Positions 1-8,820 of a DNA stretch of 64,000 nucleotides are shown here, in pieces (the first letter of the stretch is position 1; every line of letters starts with the position of its first letter). Under the pieces are notes generated by a model. That model was given only the letters and a program-made list of their open reading frames with translations, made no database searches and was not told where the DNA came from. Source of the stretch: a bacterium (GTDB lineage Bacteria; Patescibacteriota; Dojkabacteria; SC72); contig JAIORF010000102.1 of the NCBI GenBank assembly GCA_021108295.1, positions 7,260-71,259 of the forward strand, given 5' to 3'. The translations under genes were made by a program, and so were the position numbers.

Positions 1-2002
1 AGGTGATGATATCTTTGATAGTAGTGGGAACGAACATAATGGGGAGATTAACGGTACCAATCTTGCTACTGGTATTGTTGATGGGGTTGTAGGTTATGCT
101 AGAGACTTTAATGGTACAGATGATTATATTATGAGTTCCATAGGTTCTGAATATAATCTTGGTACAGACGATCTCTCTATCTTTATGTGGGTGAAAACTG
201 ATACTGTAGCTACGACACAGACATTTCTCAGCTCGGAGGATAATAGAGCATATTTTGGAATATATGACAGTAAATGGGATATGGGGATTGCTACCAGCGA
301 TTGGAATACTGGTGGTGCAAATATTACAGCAACAACAGACTGGACACATGTGGGTATTGTATTTGATAGTGGTTCTAGTATGGCGAGACTCTATATTGAT
401 GGTGTATATAGTTTTAGTAAGTCATATAGTGAGTACTCTCTACCTGCTGGTTGGACAGTTGGCTCTCTTGGGGATCATTCATCATACTTCTTTGATGGAA
501 AGATTGATGATTTACGAATTTATGCTAATGGAATATCAGAATCCGATATATATGCTATGTACTCTATGGGTAAATACGATAGGTCGACAAATTCTATTGG
601 TAGTGTAGATATTAGTAATGAGAGTATGCTTCCCTTTTGGGTAGCCAGTGATGAACTGGGGACTAATATGGAGCTGATATATGGAGAGAGTAGGTATGCT
701 AATTATGAAATAGACAGTGATACAGAAGGGTTTTGGCATATGGACGAAGAGCATAATAATACATGTAGTGGTGGGACTAATGATGTTTGTGATAGTAGTG
801 ATAATGGTTGTGATGGTGCTATCCCAAGTGATGCTAGCACAGTAGATGGTGTATACGGAAAGGCTAGGAGTTTTGGTGAGAGTGATGATGTAGTTAATCT
901 GGGGGACCAAAATTTGGTAGATAATAATGCTAACTTTACGATAAGTTCTTGGATTTATACAAATTCTACAGACTTGGCCTACCATAGTGTTTTCCAAGAG
1001 GAGCTAGTGGCTTCTGTTGGACAGTATGGTACGCAGGTGGCAGTTCGCTTAAGTGGTAATGGATCGACTTGGACCCATACTTCAAACGTTTTGGGTAATC
1101 TTGAGGTGGGAATGTGGCACTACGTAGTGTGTGTAAAAGAGGGTGCTTCTCTACGAGTATATATTGATGGGGTTTTGGCAGGTGCTATGTCTGCTCCCGA
1201 AACTTTGTGGTCAACTACAGGTGATAATTTGATTGGTGGTGCTGCTAATGATCAGATATGGGATGGTATGCTTGATGAGGTTCGTATAGATGCTGTTGTT
1301 CGTAGTGCTGATGATATTCGTCAAGCGTATGAAATAGGGAGTAGGACATATCCAATCACTGTGAATTTTAAAGCAGATCTTCAAAGTGGTAATCTCATTA
1401 CAGGGAGTGGTGATACATCTTTTAGTATAGATGAGAGATCACATAATAGTACGTCATATATTGAACATATAGATGTAGGGGAGACAATTGTTGTAAAAGA
1501 AAACTACGGTGGTACTACATACATAGCTCAGGGGGAGATAGCTAGTGTAAACACGAGTACAGGAGCTTCTACAGTAGGTTCTTGGGATAGTAGTAGTACA
1601 TTTCCTGTTGGTGGGTTTACAGTAGAAGCTACCGTATTTAAGTGGCAAAGAGAATATGTTGATATAAGGTATTTGTTGGATGAGGATAGTAATGCTGTGA
1701 CGGATTTTACATTAAGAAGAACAACGAGTGTAGGAGCTAGTCTTTGGTTAGATGACATTAGGAGAGCTTCTTACTTTGGAGATTCTAGTGGAGCTACATT
1801 TACACAAGTTGAAGATATTCAGTATGTACAATATGAGTCTATATTCACAAAGTGGGATAGTAATCCTAATCTAAATCTATATCTTACCCAAGTAGACATT
1901 GACTACACTAGAGATGGGCCTACCACAGAGCAGATAATGAGACATGGTAAGTGGTTTAATGATGGAGAAATACAAGATCTCTGGTGGGCAGGTGATGAAT
2001 GA
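1..2002 (+). CDS. Large secreted LamG-like (concanavalin-A-like lectin) repeat protein, 5' end outside the window
   Basis: The reading frame is open from nt 2 (GDDIFDSSGNEHNGEINGT...) into the listed ORF. Laminin_G_3-type signatures recur (FDGKIDDLRIYANGISESDIYAMY; WDGMLDEVRIDAVVRSADDIRQAY). No upstream start lies within the window. Confidence 0.6.
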   Translation, partial: GDDIFDSSGNEHNGEINGTNLATGIVDGVVGYARDFNGTDDYIMSSIGSEYNLGTDDLSIFMWVKTDTVATTQTFLSSEDNRAYFGIYDSKWDMGIATSDWNTGGANITATTDWTHVGIVFDSGSSMARLYIDGVYSFSKSYSEYSLPAGWTVGSLGDHSSYFFDGKIDDLRIYANGISESDIYAMYSMGKYDRSTNSIGSVDISNESMLPFWVASDELGTNMELIYGESRYANYEIDSDTEGFWHMDEEHNNTCSGGTNDVCDSSDNGCDGAIPSDASTVDGVYGKARSFGESDDVVNLGDQNLVDNNANFTISSWIYTNSTDLAYHSVFQEELVASVGQYGTQVAVRLSGNGSTWTHTSNVLGNLEVGMWHYVVCVKEGASLRVYIDGVLAGAMSAPETLWSTTGDNLIGGAANDQIWDGMLDEVRIDAVVRSADDIRQAYEIGSRTYPITVNFKADLQSGNLITGSGDTSFSIDERSHNSTSYIEHIDVGETIVVKENYGGTTYIAQGEIASVNTSTGASTVGSWDSSSTFPVGGFTVEATVFKWQREYVDIRYLLDEDSNAVTDFTLRRTTSVGASLWLDDIRRASYFGDSSGATFTQVEDIQYVQYESIFTKWDSNPNLNLYLTQVDIDYTRDGPTTEQIMRHGKWFNDGEIQDLWWAGDE

Positions 2003-2026
2003 TTGTAAATTAATATTGTTAAGTAT

Positions 2027-2641
2027 ATGGAATTTGCAAAAGATATTGTAAAGAGTAATAAAAAGATACTGCTTCTGACATTGGGTTTACTAGTTATGTC
2101 TGTAGTAGGGATATTCTTTATGAATAGTGATGTCGTAAGTCCAACTCCTATAGTGATCGGACTGTATAGCCAACCAGAAGCTATGATAGAGAAAGGGGTT
2201 GATTATCAAGCAATAATAAAAACCATATATGGTGATATTGAGGTAGAGCTGTATGAAGAAGAATCCCCAAATGCTGTAAATAGTTTTATCTTTCTAGCAA
2301 AAAAGAACTTCTATAACGACCTTACCTTCCATAAGGTAATTAAGGACTTTGTGATACAAGCTGGAGATCATCTAGGAGACGGTAATGGTAATCCAGGATA
2401 TGTATTGGAGAGTGATGTAAATGATATAGAGATGAAAGAATACTCTATGTCTATGGTGAATGGAAGTCAATTCTTCATAGTTCCTAGTGGTGGAGATACT
2501 TCTCAACTTGGAGGATATGTTGTAATGGGTAGGGTAATTAGTGGATTTGCGGTTGTTGATGTGATAGAGAAAGTTGTAGTAGATGGATATACACCACGCA
2601 ATGATGTGACTATAAGCTCTATACTTATTGTTGAGAAATAG
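2027..2641 (+). CDS. Cyclophilin-type peptidyl-prolyl cis-trans isomerase with N-terminal membrane anchor
   Basis: FHKVIKDFVIQAGDHLGDGNGNPGY and SMSMVNGSQFFIV match the cyclophilin core. A hydrophobic N-terminus follows the start. Confidence 0.8.
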   Translation: MEFAKDIVKSNKKILLLTLGLLVMSVVGIFFMNSDVVSPTPIVIGLYSQPEAMIEKGVDYQAIIKTIYGDIEVELYEEESPNAVNSFIFLAKKNFYNDLTFHKVIKDFVIQAGDHLGDGNGNPGYVLESDVNDIEMKEYSMSMVNGSQFFIVPSGGDTSQLGGYVVMGRVISGFAVVDVIEKVVVDGYTPRNDVTISSILIVEK

Positions 2642-2645
2642 CTGG

Positions 2646-2678
2646 GTTCATCGAAAGTTCATAACTGCTTGTTAAAAT
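2646..2678 (+). promoter_or_regulatory. Conserved motif GTTCATC-N4-GTTCAT-N6-TTGTTAAAAT ending 6 nt before the comEA ATG (copy 1 of 3)
   Basis: Direct repeats GTTCAT at 2646 and 2657 sit 11 bp apart. TGTTAAAAT (an extended -10-like sequence) is at 2670-2678 and the ATG at 2685. The same architecture occurs at 37686 and 40824. Confidence 0.5.
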
Positions 2679-2684
2679 GTAGTT

Positions 2685-3401
2685 ATGGATCAACAAAAAG
2701 ATAAAAACTTTCTAATATTCCTCTTAGTATCTTTTGTAGTTGGTTTTTTAGTGGGTGTATGTGTAGTATTACTGTTTTTTCCAGAGCCAATTTGTGAATG
2801 TGATGAGTTACAGGTTGCGGAACAAGAGGGAGAGTCCACTGTAGATGTTGTAGGAGAGAAAGAAGGGATTGTAGACGAAAAGGATACATTAGGCAAGAGT
2901 GTTTCACTCCCAGTATCACAGTGTAGTGTCATTGTCGATATCGCTGGTGCAGTAGAGTCTCCGGGTGTTTACTGCCTTGAAGAGGGTAGTACTATCATAG
3001 ACGCTGTTTATCAGGCGAAAGGGTTCACTAAAGGTATTGCTCAAAAATTTGTATCAATGAGTATGAACTTGTCATCTTCGCTCAGTGATCATCAGAAAAT
3101 ATATATACCTTTTCAAGAGGATGTATATTGTGAGATAAAGAGTTTACAATATATTGATAAAGTCGCAAACACTGGTAGCACGGCAAATAGTGGAGGTGAT
3201 ACTACTGGTAGTACTACTACATGTGTGAATATTAATACTGCTAGTATAGAAGAATTAACACAACTAGATGGTATAGGGGAATCTACAGCACAAAAGATTA
3301 TAGATGCGAGACCTTATAGTGAAACATCCGACATTTTAAATGTGAGTGGAATAGGGGAGGCAACCTATGAAAAGTTTAAGGATGACATATGTGTCTATTA
3401 G
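2685..3401 (+). CDS. comEA: Competence protein ComEA (membrane-anchored, SLBB plus tandem helix-hairpin-helix DNA-binding)
   Basis: An N-terminal TM helix is followed by an SLBB-like segment (VIVDIAGAVESPGVYCLEEGSTIIDAV). The C-terminus is NINTASIEELTQLDGIGESTAQKIIDARPY...ILNVSGIGEATYEKF. Confidence 0.8.
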   Translation: MDQQKDKNFLIFLLVSFVVGFLVGVCVVLLFFPEPICECDELQVAEQEGESTVDVVGEKEGIVDEKDTLGKSVSLPVSQCSVIVDIAGAVESPGVYCLEEGSTIIDAVYQAKGFTKGIAQKFVSMSMNLSSSLSDHQKIYIPFQEDVYCEIKSLQYIDKVANTGSTANSGGDTTGSTTTCVNINTASIEELTQLDGIGESTAQKIIDARPYSETSDILNVSGIGEATYEKFKDDICVY

Positions 3402-5018
3402 ATGAAGAATGTAATACAAAAATTTATTTATTTGTATAAATGTTCCATACTCATATTTGAATATGTTAGAGATATTCCGATTCTGTCTATTTCCCTTTTT
3501 GCGATTTTCATTGATTGGGTATCTCTGAAAATCTACTACCATTATTTTACAGAGGAGTATGATTTAAGAAAACTGCTTATCTTTATCTCTATTTCTGTAC
3601 TAGTGAACATTGTATGTGTAATTGTCTACTGTGTGGAATTTTCACGGAGGCAAGAAAGGGAGGGTTTGGGTAGTAGAAGTACTGTTCAAATTTTGTTTGT
3701 GTTGGTATTACTACTCTTACGCTTGGTGTTGTGTGTAAGTAAAGACTTCCAGAATGGAGGGGATATTGAAGGTTTCACAGAGGTAAATGAGCCATTCTTT
3801 ATAGAAATTGGGGAGGTGTCTAAGAGCAAGGGGGATAAGCAAGAGATTGTTTTCAAATATGAGGGGGTGAAGGGTATTGGGTATGTAAATTGGTTCGAGA
3901 ATATAAAAATTGGGGATGTGTGTGAGGTGTATGGTGAGCTATCGGTGCCTGAAAACTTTCAAGACTTTGATTATCGAGGGTATCTCAGAAATAAAGATAT
4001 TTTTCTATATGGTAATAGGTTGTGTTTTGGAAAGTGTGAGTACGAGATGAACTATTTCGATATATCTAGTTATGTTCTTTCTCTCAAGAGAGCTCTTAGG
4101 GAGTTTAGAGATATTCTAAGTCGGAATATTGATATGAATCTGCCAGAACCACAATCTTCGTTGTTAGTGGGTATATTGTTTGGATCAGAGAGGGCGTTTA
4201 GTGAGGATTTCGAGAATTATTTGCGTATTAGTGGTACTACCCACATTATTGCTGCTTCTGGGTACAATGTGACGATATTAATATTGTTGTGTAGTAGGTT
4301 ATCGGGGTTCTTAAAAAAGAAATCGAGTTTAATATTTTCTCTCGTTGCAATATGGCTGTTTTGTATCTTTAGTGGGTTAGGTGCCTCTATACTTCGTGCT
4401 ACTGTTATGGGCTCTATTACAATATTGGCGTTGATTTCAGGGAATGTTAGGAATATACATATATTGATACCAATGGGTATTCTCATATTAATATTGATTA
4501 ATCCTAAGATTTTGTTTGATATTGGTTTTCAGTTATCAATATTGGCTACATTGGGGTTAGTATATCTTATGCCTAGTATGGCGGAGTGTGTGAAGAGGGT
4601 TTTTGGTATTAAGAAGGTGTTTAGTTGGGTTCAGGACTTCTTTCTTAGTACTCTTAGTTGTACTTTGGCTACACTTCCTGTTTCTATATCAATCTTTGGT
4701 AAGGTTTCCTTAGTGTCTGTATTTGCTAATGTGATAATATTGCCTCTTACTGGCTCTACGATGTTGTATGGTGTTGTAGCATTAGTCTTTTCATTCATAT
4801 CCCGCACTATCGGTCATTATCTATTTTCTATCCCATATTTCCAACTAAAGGTTTTTGAAAAGACAGTTTCTTTCTTTGGTGCTTTGCAGTGGGGTTACAT
4901 TGATGTTGAGAATTCGCTTGTAGGGGTAGTAATTGGTTTGTTTCTTATTTTCTTTTGTATGTATTTTTATCCTACTGACGAGGAGAATTACTATGTTAAA
5001 AAATATTACAGTTTCTAA
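3402..5018 (+). CDS. comEC: ComEC/Rec2 DNA-uptake channel, N-terminal (DUF4131 plus competence-domain) part
   Basis: Polytopic membrane protein carrying LLVGILFGSERAFSEDFENYLRISGTTHIIAASGYNVTIL, the ComEC competence-domain signature. The usual C-terminal metallo-beta-lactamase domain lies in the next, overlapping ORF. Confidence 0.75.
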   Translation: MKNVIQKFIYLYKCSILIFEYVRDIPILSISLFAIFIDWVSLKIYYHYFTEEYDLRKLLIFISISVLVNIVCVIVYCVEFSRRQEREGLGSRSTVQILFVLVLLLLRLVLCVSKDFQNGGDIEGFTEVNEPFFIEIGEVSKSKGDKQEIVFKYEGVKGIGYVNWFENIKIGDVCEVYGELSVPENFQDFDYRGYLRNKDIFLYGNRLCFGKCEYEMNYFDISSYVLSLKRALREFRDILSRNIDMNLPEPQSSLLVGILFGSERAFSEDFENYLRISGTTHIIAASGYNVTILILLCSRLSGFLKKKSSLIFSLVAIWLFCIFSGLGASILRATVMGSITILALISGNVRNIHILIPMGILILILINPKILFDIGFQLSILATLGLVYLMPSMAECVKRVFGIKKVFSWVQDFFLSTLSCTLATLPVSISIFGKVSLVSVFANVIILPLTGSTMLYGVVALVFSFISRTIGHYLFSIPYFQLKVFEKTVSFFGALQWGYIDVENSLVGVVIGLFLIFFCMYFYPTDEENYYVKKYYSF

Positions 5019-5790
5019 GGTATTGAGGATACTAGAGTGTGTAGTGTGGGTCTTTTGTGGTGTATATGTTTTGAGTGTGAGGCAGAGCCATGAGCGTATT
5101 GTAATATTTGATGTAGGGCAGGGGGATAGTATATTGATACAGAAGGGTGATTTTGAAATATTGGTAGATGGTGGGGAGGATGATACGGTGGTGTATAGGA
5201 TGGGGGAGTATATGGAGTGGGATGATAGGGTGATTGATGTTGTAGTTATCACTCATATGCATAGTGATCACTACATGGGTATTAAGTATTTACTTGAGAG
5301 TTACGAGGTAGGGTTATTTGTATTGTCTGTTAATTGTACAGATCTTTGTAGCGAGTTTAGAGAGTTTAATCATATTGATGTGAGTATGGGGGATACTTTG
5401 GAGTATGGTGGTATCCATATTGATATTTTGTGGCCTAGAGTGGGGGAATTGGATAGGAATTTGAATAATGATTCAATTGTAATGTTGGTAGAATGGTTGG
5501 ATAAGAGGGTTTTGTTAATGGGTGATGCTGAAGTAGAGGTTGAGAAACTATTGTTAGAACACTCTAGGTCATATGTTGCTGATATCGATATTCTTAAAGC
5601 AGGGCACCACTGTTCAAAGACTGCGTCTAGCTATGGGTTCCTAATTACGACATCTCCTAAGTTTGCTATTTGTAGTTGTGGAGAGGAGAATAGGTTTGGG
5701 CATCCTCATATTGAGGCATTGGATAATTTTGTAGAGGTGGGTGTCCCATATATTCTTACTTGGGAATATGGTGATTATATTGTAGAATAG
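4993..5790 (+). CDS. comEC: ComEC C-terminal metallo-beta-lactamase domain, encoded as a separate ORF in another frame
   Basis: ERIVIFDVGQGDSILIQ...VVITHMHSDHYMGI is the MBL HxHxDH motif. The start is moved to the ATG at 4993, preceded by AGGAG at 4981-4985. It overlaps the upstream comEC part by 26 nt in a different frame. Confidence 0.65.
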   Translation: MLKNITVSKVLRILECVVWVFCGVYVLSVRQSHERIVIFDVGQGDSILIQKGDFEILVDGGEDDTVVYRMGEYMEWDDRVIDVVVITHMHSDHYMGIKYLLESYEVGLFVLSVNCTDLCSEFREFNHIDVSMGDTLEYGGIHIDILWPRVGELDRNLNNDSIVMLVEWLDKRVLLMGDAEVEVEKLLLEHSRSYVADIDILKAGHHCSKTASSYGFLITTSPKFAICSCGEENRFGHPHIEALDNFVEVGVPYILTWEYGDYIVE

Positions 5791-5799
5791 CAATATTAA

Positions 5800-5873
5800 G
5801 TACCTGTAGCTCAACTGGATAGAGCATTGGTTTGCGGAACCAAAGGTTGTCGGTTCGATTCCGGCCAGGTACG
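5800..5873 (+). tRNA. tRNA-Arg (anticodon GCG)
   Basis: Cloverleaf GTACCTG/CAGGTAC acceptor, anticodon stem TTGGT/ACCAA, loop TTGCGGA with G37, TTCGATT T-loop. No CCA is encoded. Confidence 0.7.
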
Positions 5874-5901
5874 TATTGTGATAGAATGTTCAATATCCTA
5901 A

Positions 5902-5975
5902 GCACCCGTAGCTTAACTGGATAGAGCATCGGTCTTCGGAACCGAGGGTTGAGGGTTCGACTCCTTCCGGGTGCG
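5902..5975 (+). tRNA. tRNA-Arg (anticodon TCG)
   Basis: Acceptor GCACCCG/CGGGTGC, anticodon stem TCGGT/ACCGA, loop CTTCGGA, T-loop TTCGACT. It sits immediately upstream of argS. Confidence 0.75.
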
Positions 5976-5998
5976 TATATATATGCTAAAATGTTCAT

Positions 5999-7792
5999 AT
6001 GATTAAAACTACAATACAAGACCTCATAATCCAGTCTCTTTCGAATCTTGATATTGAGATTGATATTAAAGACCTTGTAGTAGAACAAACAAACGATTTC
6101 TCAAATGGGGATTACACTACTAATGTAGCGATGAGATTGGCTTCTAAGGGAGATAAAAGTCCTAGAGAGATAGCACAAAGTATAGTAGATAGCCTAGAGA
6201 AAACTCTTGATATTGAGAAAGTTGAGGTAGCAGGCCCCGGCTTTATTAACTTCTTCCTTTCTACTGCATATCTACAAGGAGAGATTAAGAAAATATTGGA
6301 TATGGGAGGAGTAGAATACCTTAAATCTGGCACTAAAGAGGGTAAAGATATCTTAATTGAGTACACAGACCCCAATCCATTCAAAATGATGCATGTGGGT
6401 CATCTATACACCAATATTGTAGGAGAATCCTTCTCAAGACTACAAGAAGCTACAGGGGCTAATGTGAAGAGGGCTAATTACCAAGGAGATGTAGGGCTTC
6501 ATGTTGCTAAAACTATGTGGGGAATTGAGAAGAAACTTAAGGAAGAGAGCCTATTGTTTAAAGATATTGGAAAGTTATCTCTTTTTGATAGGGTTGAATG
6601 GCTAGGCAAAGCATATCAGTTAGGATCTGAGTACTATGACGAGTTAGAGGATGAGGAAGCTATAGAGAAAATTCAGGATATTAACTACTATCTATATCAA
6701 ATCTGCTATCCTTCAATTCCCCAGAAAGATTTTAAAGGGCTAGAGAATCTGGGGGTGAGTGAATGGTATGTAGAGGGTCGTAAGTGGTGCTTAGAGTACT
6801 TTGAGGAGATATATGAGACTCTTGGTACTAAGTTTGATTACTACTTTTTTGAAGGAGAAGTAGGTGAGCAGGGATACAAAATGGTTTTAGAGAATATTGG
6901 TAATGGGATATTTAAGAAAGATGATGGTGCAATTATCTATGAAGGAGATCCAGATAAAGGACTTCATACACGAGTCTTTGTTAATCAGTTTGGTCTACCG
7001 ACCTATGAGGCAAAAGAGCTGGGGCTGGCAAAGAGTAAAAGTTCTAAGGGTAAGTGGGACGAGTCGATTATGATTACAGGAATGGAACAAATGCCTTATT
7101 TCAAAGTGGTATTGGACGCCCTTGGCAAACTCCTCCCCGAGATTGCTAAAGTGTCTAGGCATACTCCCCATGGCTTGATAGTGCTTCCTGGAATGAAGAA
7201 AATGTCTAGTAGGAAAGGTGAGATTATTAATGCAGAAGATCTCCTATCTATAGCAAAAGAGTCTGTAGCTAGTTTGATGAAAGAGAATGGGAAAGTAAAG
7301 GGTGAGGATATTGATGATTTAGCTCAGAAGATTGCTATGTCTGCTATTAAATACGCCTTTCTACGGGTTTCTGTAGGCAAGAACATTGTGTTTGATCTAA
7401 GTAAAGATATTGCGTTTGATGGAGATACTGGTCCGTATCTGATGTATGTCTACACCAGAGCTGTGTCTATTATTAATTCCTGCAAGGTAGAGTATGATAG
7501 TTCTTCGTGTTCCGAGAAGAAGGTGAAGAGTGTCGAGGTAGTAGAGCTTATGAGGTATATTGGCAAGGCCCAAGAAGTAGTGCTTAACGCCTCTACTAAC
7601 TATTCTCCTAGTACGATATGTACATATTTGTTTGAATTGGGTCAAAGTTTCAATAGATTTTATCAAAATGTAAATGTTCTGAACGCTGAGGAAGAGGATC
7701 AAAAGTTTTTACTTGCTTTAGTGGATGCTACTGCACAAATCATGAGTGCTGGACTCAATCTACTAGGTATTACTACTGTTAGTAGGATGTAA
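5999..7792 (+). CDS. argS: Arginyl-tRNA synthetase
   Basis: Shows the Arg_tRNA_synt_N-like N-terminus, the class I motif DPNPFKMMHVGH, the KMSSRKG (KMSK-type) motif, and the DALR anticodon-binding C-terminus ending ...TVSRM. Confidence 0.85.
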   Translation: MIKTTIQDLIIQSLSNLDIEIDIKDLVVEQTNDFSNGDYTTNVAMRLASKGDKSPREIAQSIVDSLEKTLDIEKVEVAGPGFINFFLSTAYLQGEIKKILDMGGVEYLKSGTKEGKDILIEYTDPNPFKMMHVGHLYTNIVGESFSRLQEATGANVKRANYQGDVGLHVAKTMWGIEKKLKEESLLFKDIGKLSLFDRVEWLGKAYQLGSEYYDELEDEEAIEKIQDINYYLYQICYPSIPQKDFKGLENLGVSEWYVEGRKWCLEYFEEIYETLGTKFDYYFFEGEVGEQGYKMVLENIGNGIFKKDDGAIIYEGDPDKGLHTRVFVNQFGLPTYEAKELGLAKSKSSKGKWDESIMITGMEQMPYFKVVLDALGKLLPEIAKVSRHTPHGLIVLPGMKKMSSRKGEIINAEDLLSIAKESVASLMKENGKVKGEDIDDLAQKIAMSAIKYAFLRVSVGKNIVFDLSKDIAFDGDTGPYLMYVYTRAVSIINSCKVEYDSSSCSEKKVKSVEVVELMRYIGKAQEVVLNASTNYSPSTICTYLFELGQSFNRFYQNVNVLNAEEEDQKFLLALVDATAQIMSAGLNLLGITTVSRM

Positions 7793-8797
7793 TTGACCAC
7801 AAGCTCCACCAATATCACTACCCATTGAGCGTCTAGTTGTTGTGTTAATACCCCTGTTCTCAAGGACTTTCCTAAATCGGTCTACTGTATTGTTTGAAGA
7901 AGCCTCGTAATCAATATCTTTGTATGTATTAAATTTGATGAGATTTACAAAGGCTAATCTCTTGTAGAGTAGTTGTGAGAGTTCAATTGCATGCTCAGGT
8001 TGATCATTTATGCCTTTGATCAAGGTATATTCGTATGTGATACGCTTGTTGTAAGTATCTTCGTACCAGGTAGCAAACTCCATAAGTTGTTCTAGAGGGT
8101 ATAGTTTGGAGATTGTTGACATAATTGAAGCACGCAGTTTTTGGTTGGGTGCATGTAGACTGATAGCGAGTCGTGGAATGTATCCTTTACTAAAGAATTC
8201 TTTGAGCTGTGGAACATAGCCTACTGTGGAGATTGTTACATGTCTAATTCCTATACTCAGTTTGTCCATATTATTGACAATATCTATTGATTTCTCAATG
8301 TTTGTAAGGTTAAGCATAGGTTCGCCCATACCCATATATACGAGATTTGTGACTCTTCTGCCTTTAGGTACAAGCATTCTCTGGAAATGGAGTATCTGAT
8401 CTACAATCTCCCTATAGGTTAGATTGCGGTGGAAGCCCATTTTCCCAGTAGCGCAGAAGGAACAGCCTACAGGGCAACCACTCATACAGCTTACACATAC
8501 TGAGTTTCTACCGTCGCTGTATTGCATTAATACAGCCTCAATATCGAAACCATCCTTAGTTTTGAATTCCGTCTTGATAGTCTTCCCATCTGAGGAATGG
8601 TTATCCTTGATATGGGTCAAAGTAGAGAACTCGACTTCTTGTTTGAGTAATTCTCTTAACTCTTTGGACCAAGTAGAGAGTTTGTCGAATGAAGGGATAG
8701 CTTGTTTGTAGTATTGGTTGTTAAACTGGTCTATTTTGTATTTAGGGAGATTGTGTGTATTTGCAAAGTGTTCAATCATGGTTGTATTATATATCAA
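7763..8797 (-). CDS. rlmN: Radical-SAM 23S rRNA / tRNA m2A methyltransferase RlmN
   Basis: CPVGCSFCATGKMGFHRNLTYREIV is the CxxxCxxC cluster with the RlmN-specific context. The C-terminus carries GGACGQL. The true start may be the internal Met at 8779. Confidence 0.8.
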   Translation of the reverse strand: MIYNTTMIEHFANTHNLPKYKIDQFNNQYYKQAIPSFDKLSTWSKELRELLKQEVEFSTLTHIKDNHSSDGKTIKTEFKTKDGFDIEAVLMQYSDGRNSVCVSCMSGCPVGCSFCATGKMGFHRNLTYREIVDQILHFQRMLVPKGRRVTNLVYMGMGEPMLNLTNIEKSIDIVNNMDKLSIGIRHVTISTVGYVPQLKEFFSKGYIPRLAISLHAPNQKLRASIMSTISKLYPLEQLMEFATWYEDTYNKRITYEYTLIKGINDQPEHAIELSQLLYKRLAFVNLIKFNTYKDIDYEASSNNTVDRFRKVLENRGINTTTRRSMGSDIGGACGQLHPTNSSNT

Positions 8798-8820
8798 TAT
8801 TATTTCTAAACATACTGTCT

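Noticed and set aside
255-997. Antisense or alternative-frame ORFs inside well-supported genes, for example 255..608(+), 536..997(-), 12810..13195(+), 17000..17434(-), 28258..28764(+), 29335..29904(+), 33529..33908(-), 40323..40871(-).
   Set aside because: They lie wholly within genes with strong homology on the other strand or frame. They are low-complexity and show no motifs, as expected by chance in AT-rich DNA.
8755-8820. Long N-terminal extension of the RuBisCO ORF (MYLQSVQSWLYYISILFLNILSM...).
   Set aside because: It overlaps the rlmN start on the opposite strand, is hydrophobic junk-like, and RuBisCO homology starts near MFDKKQD. The start was moved to 8821.
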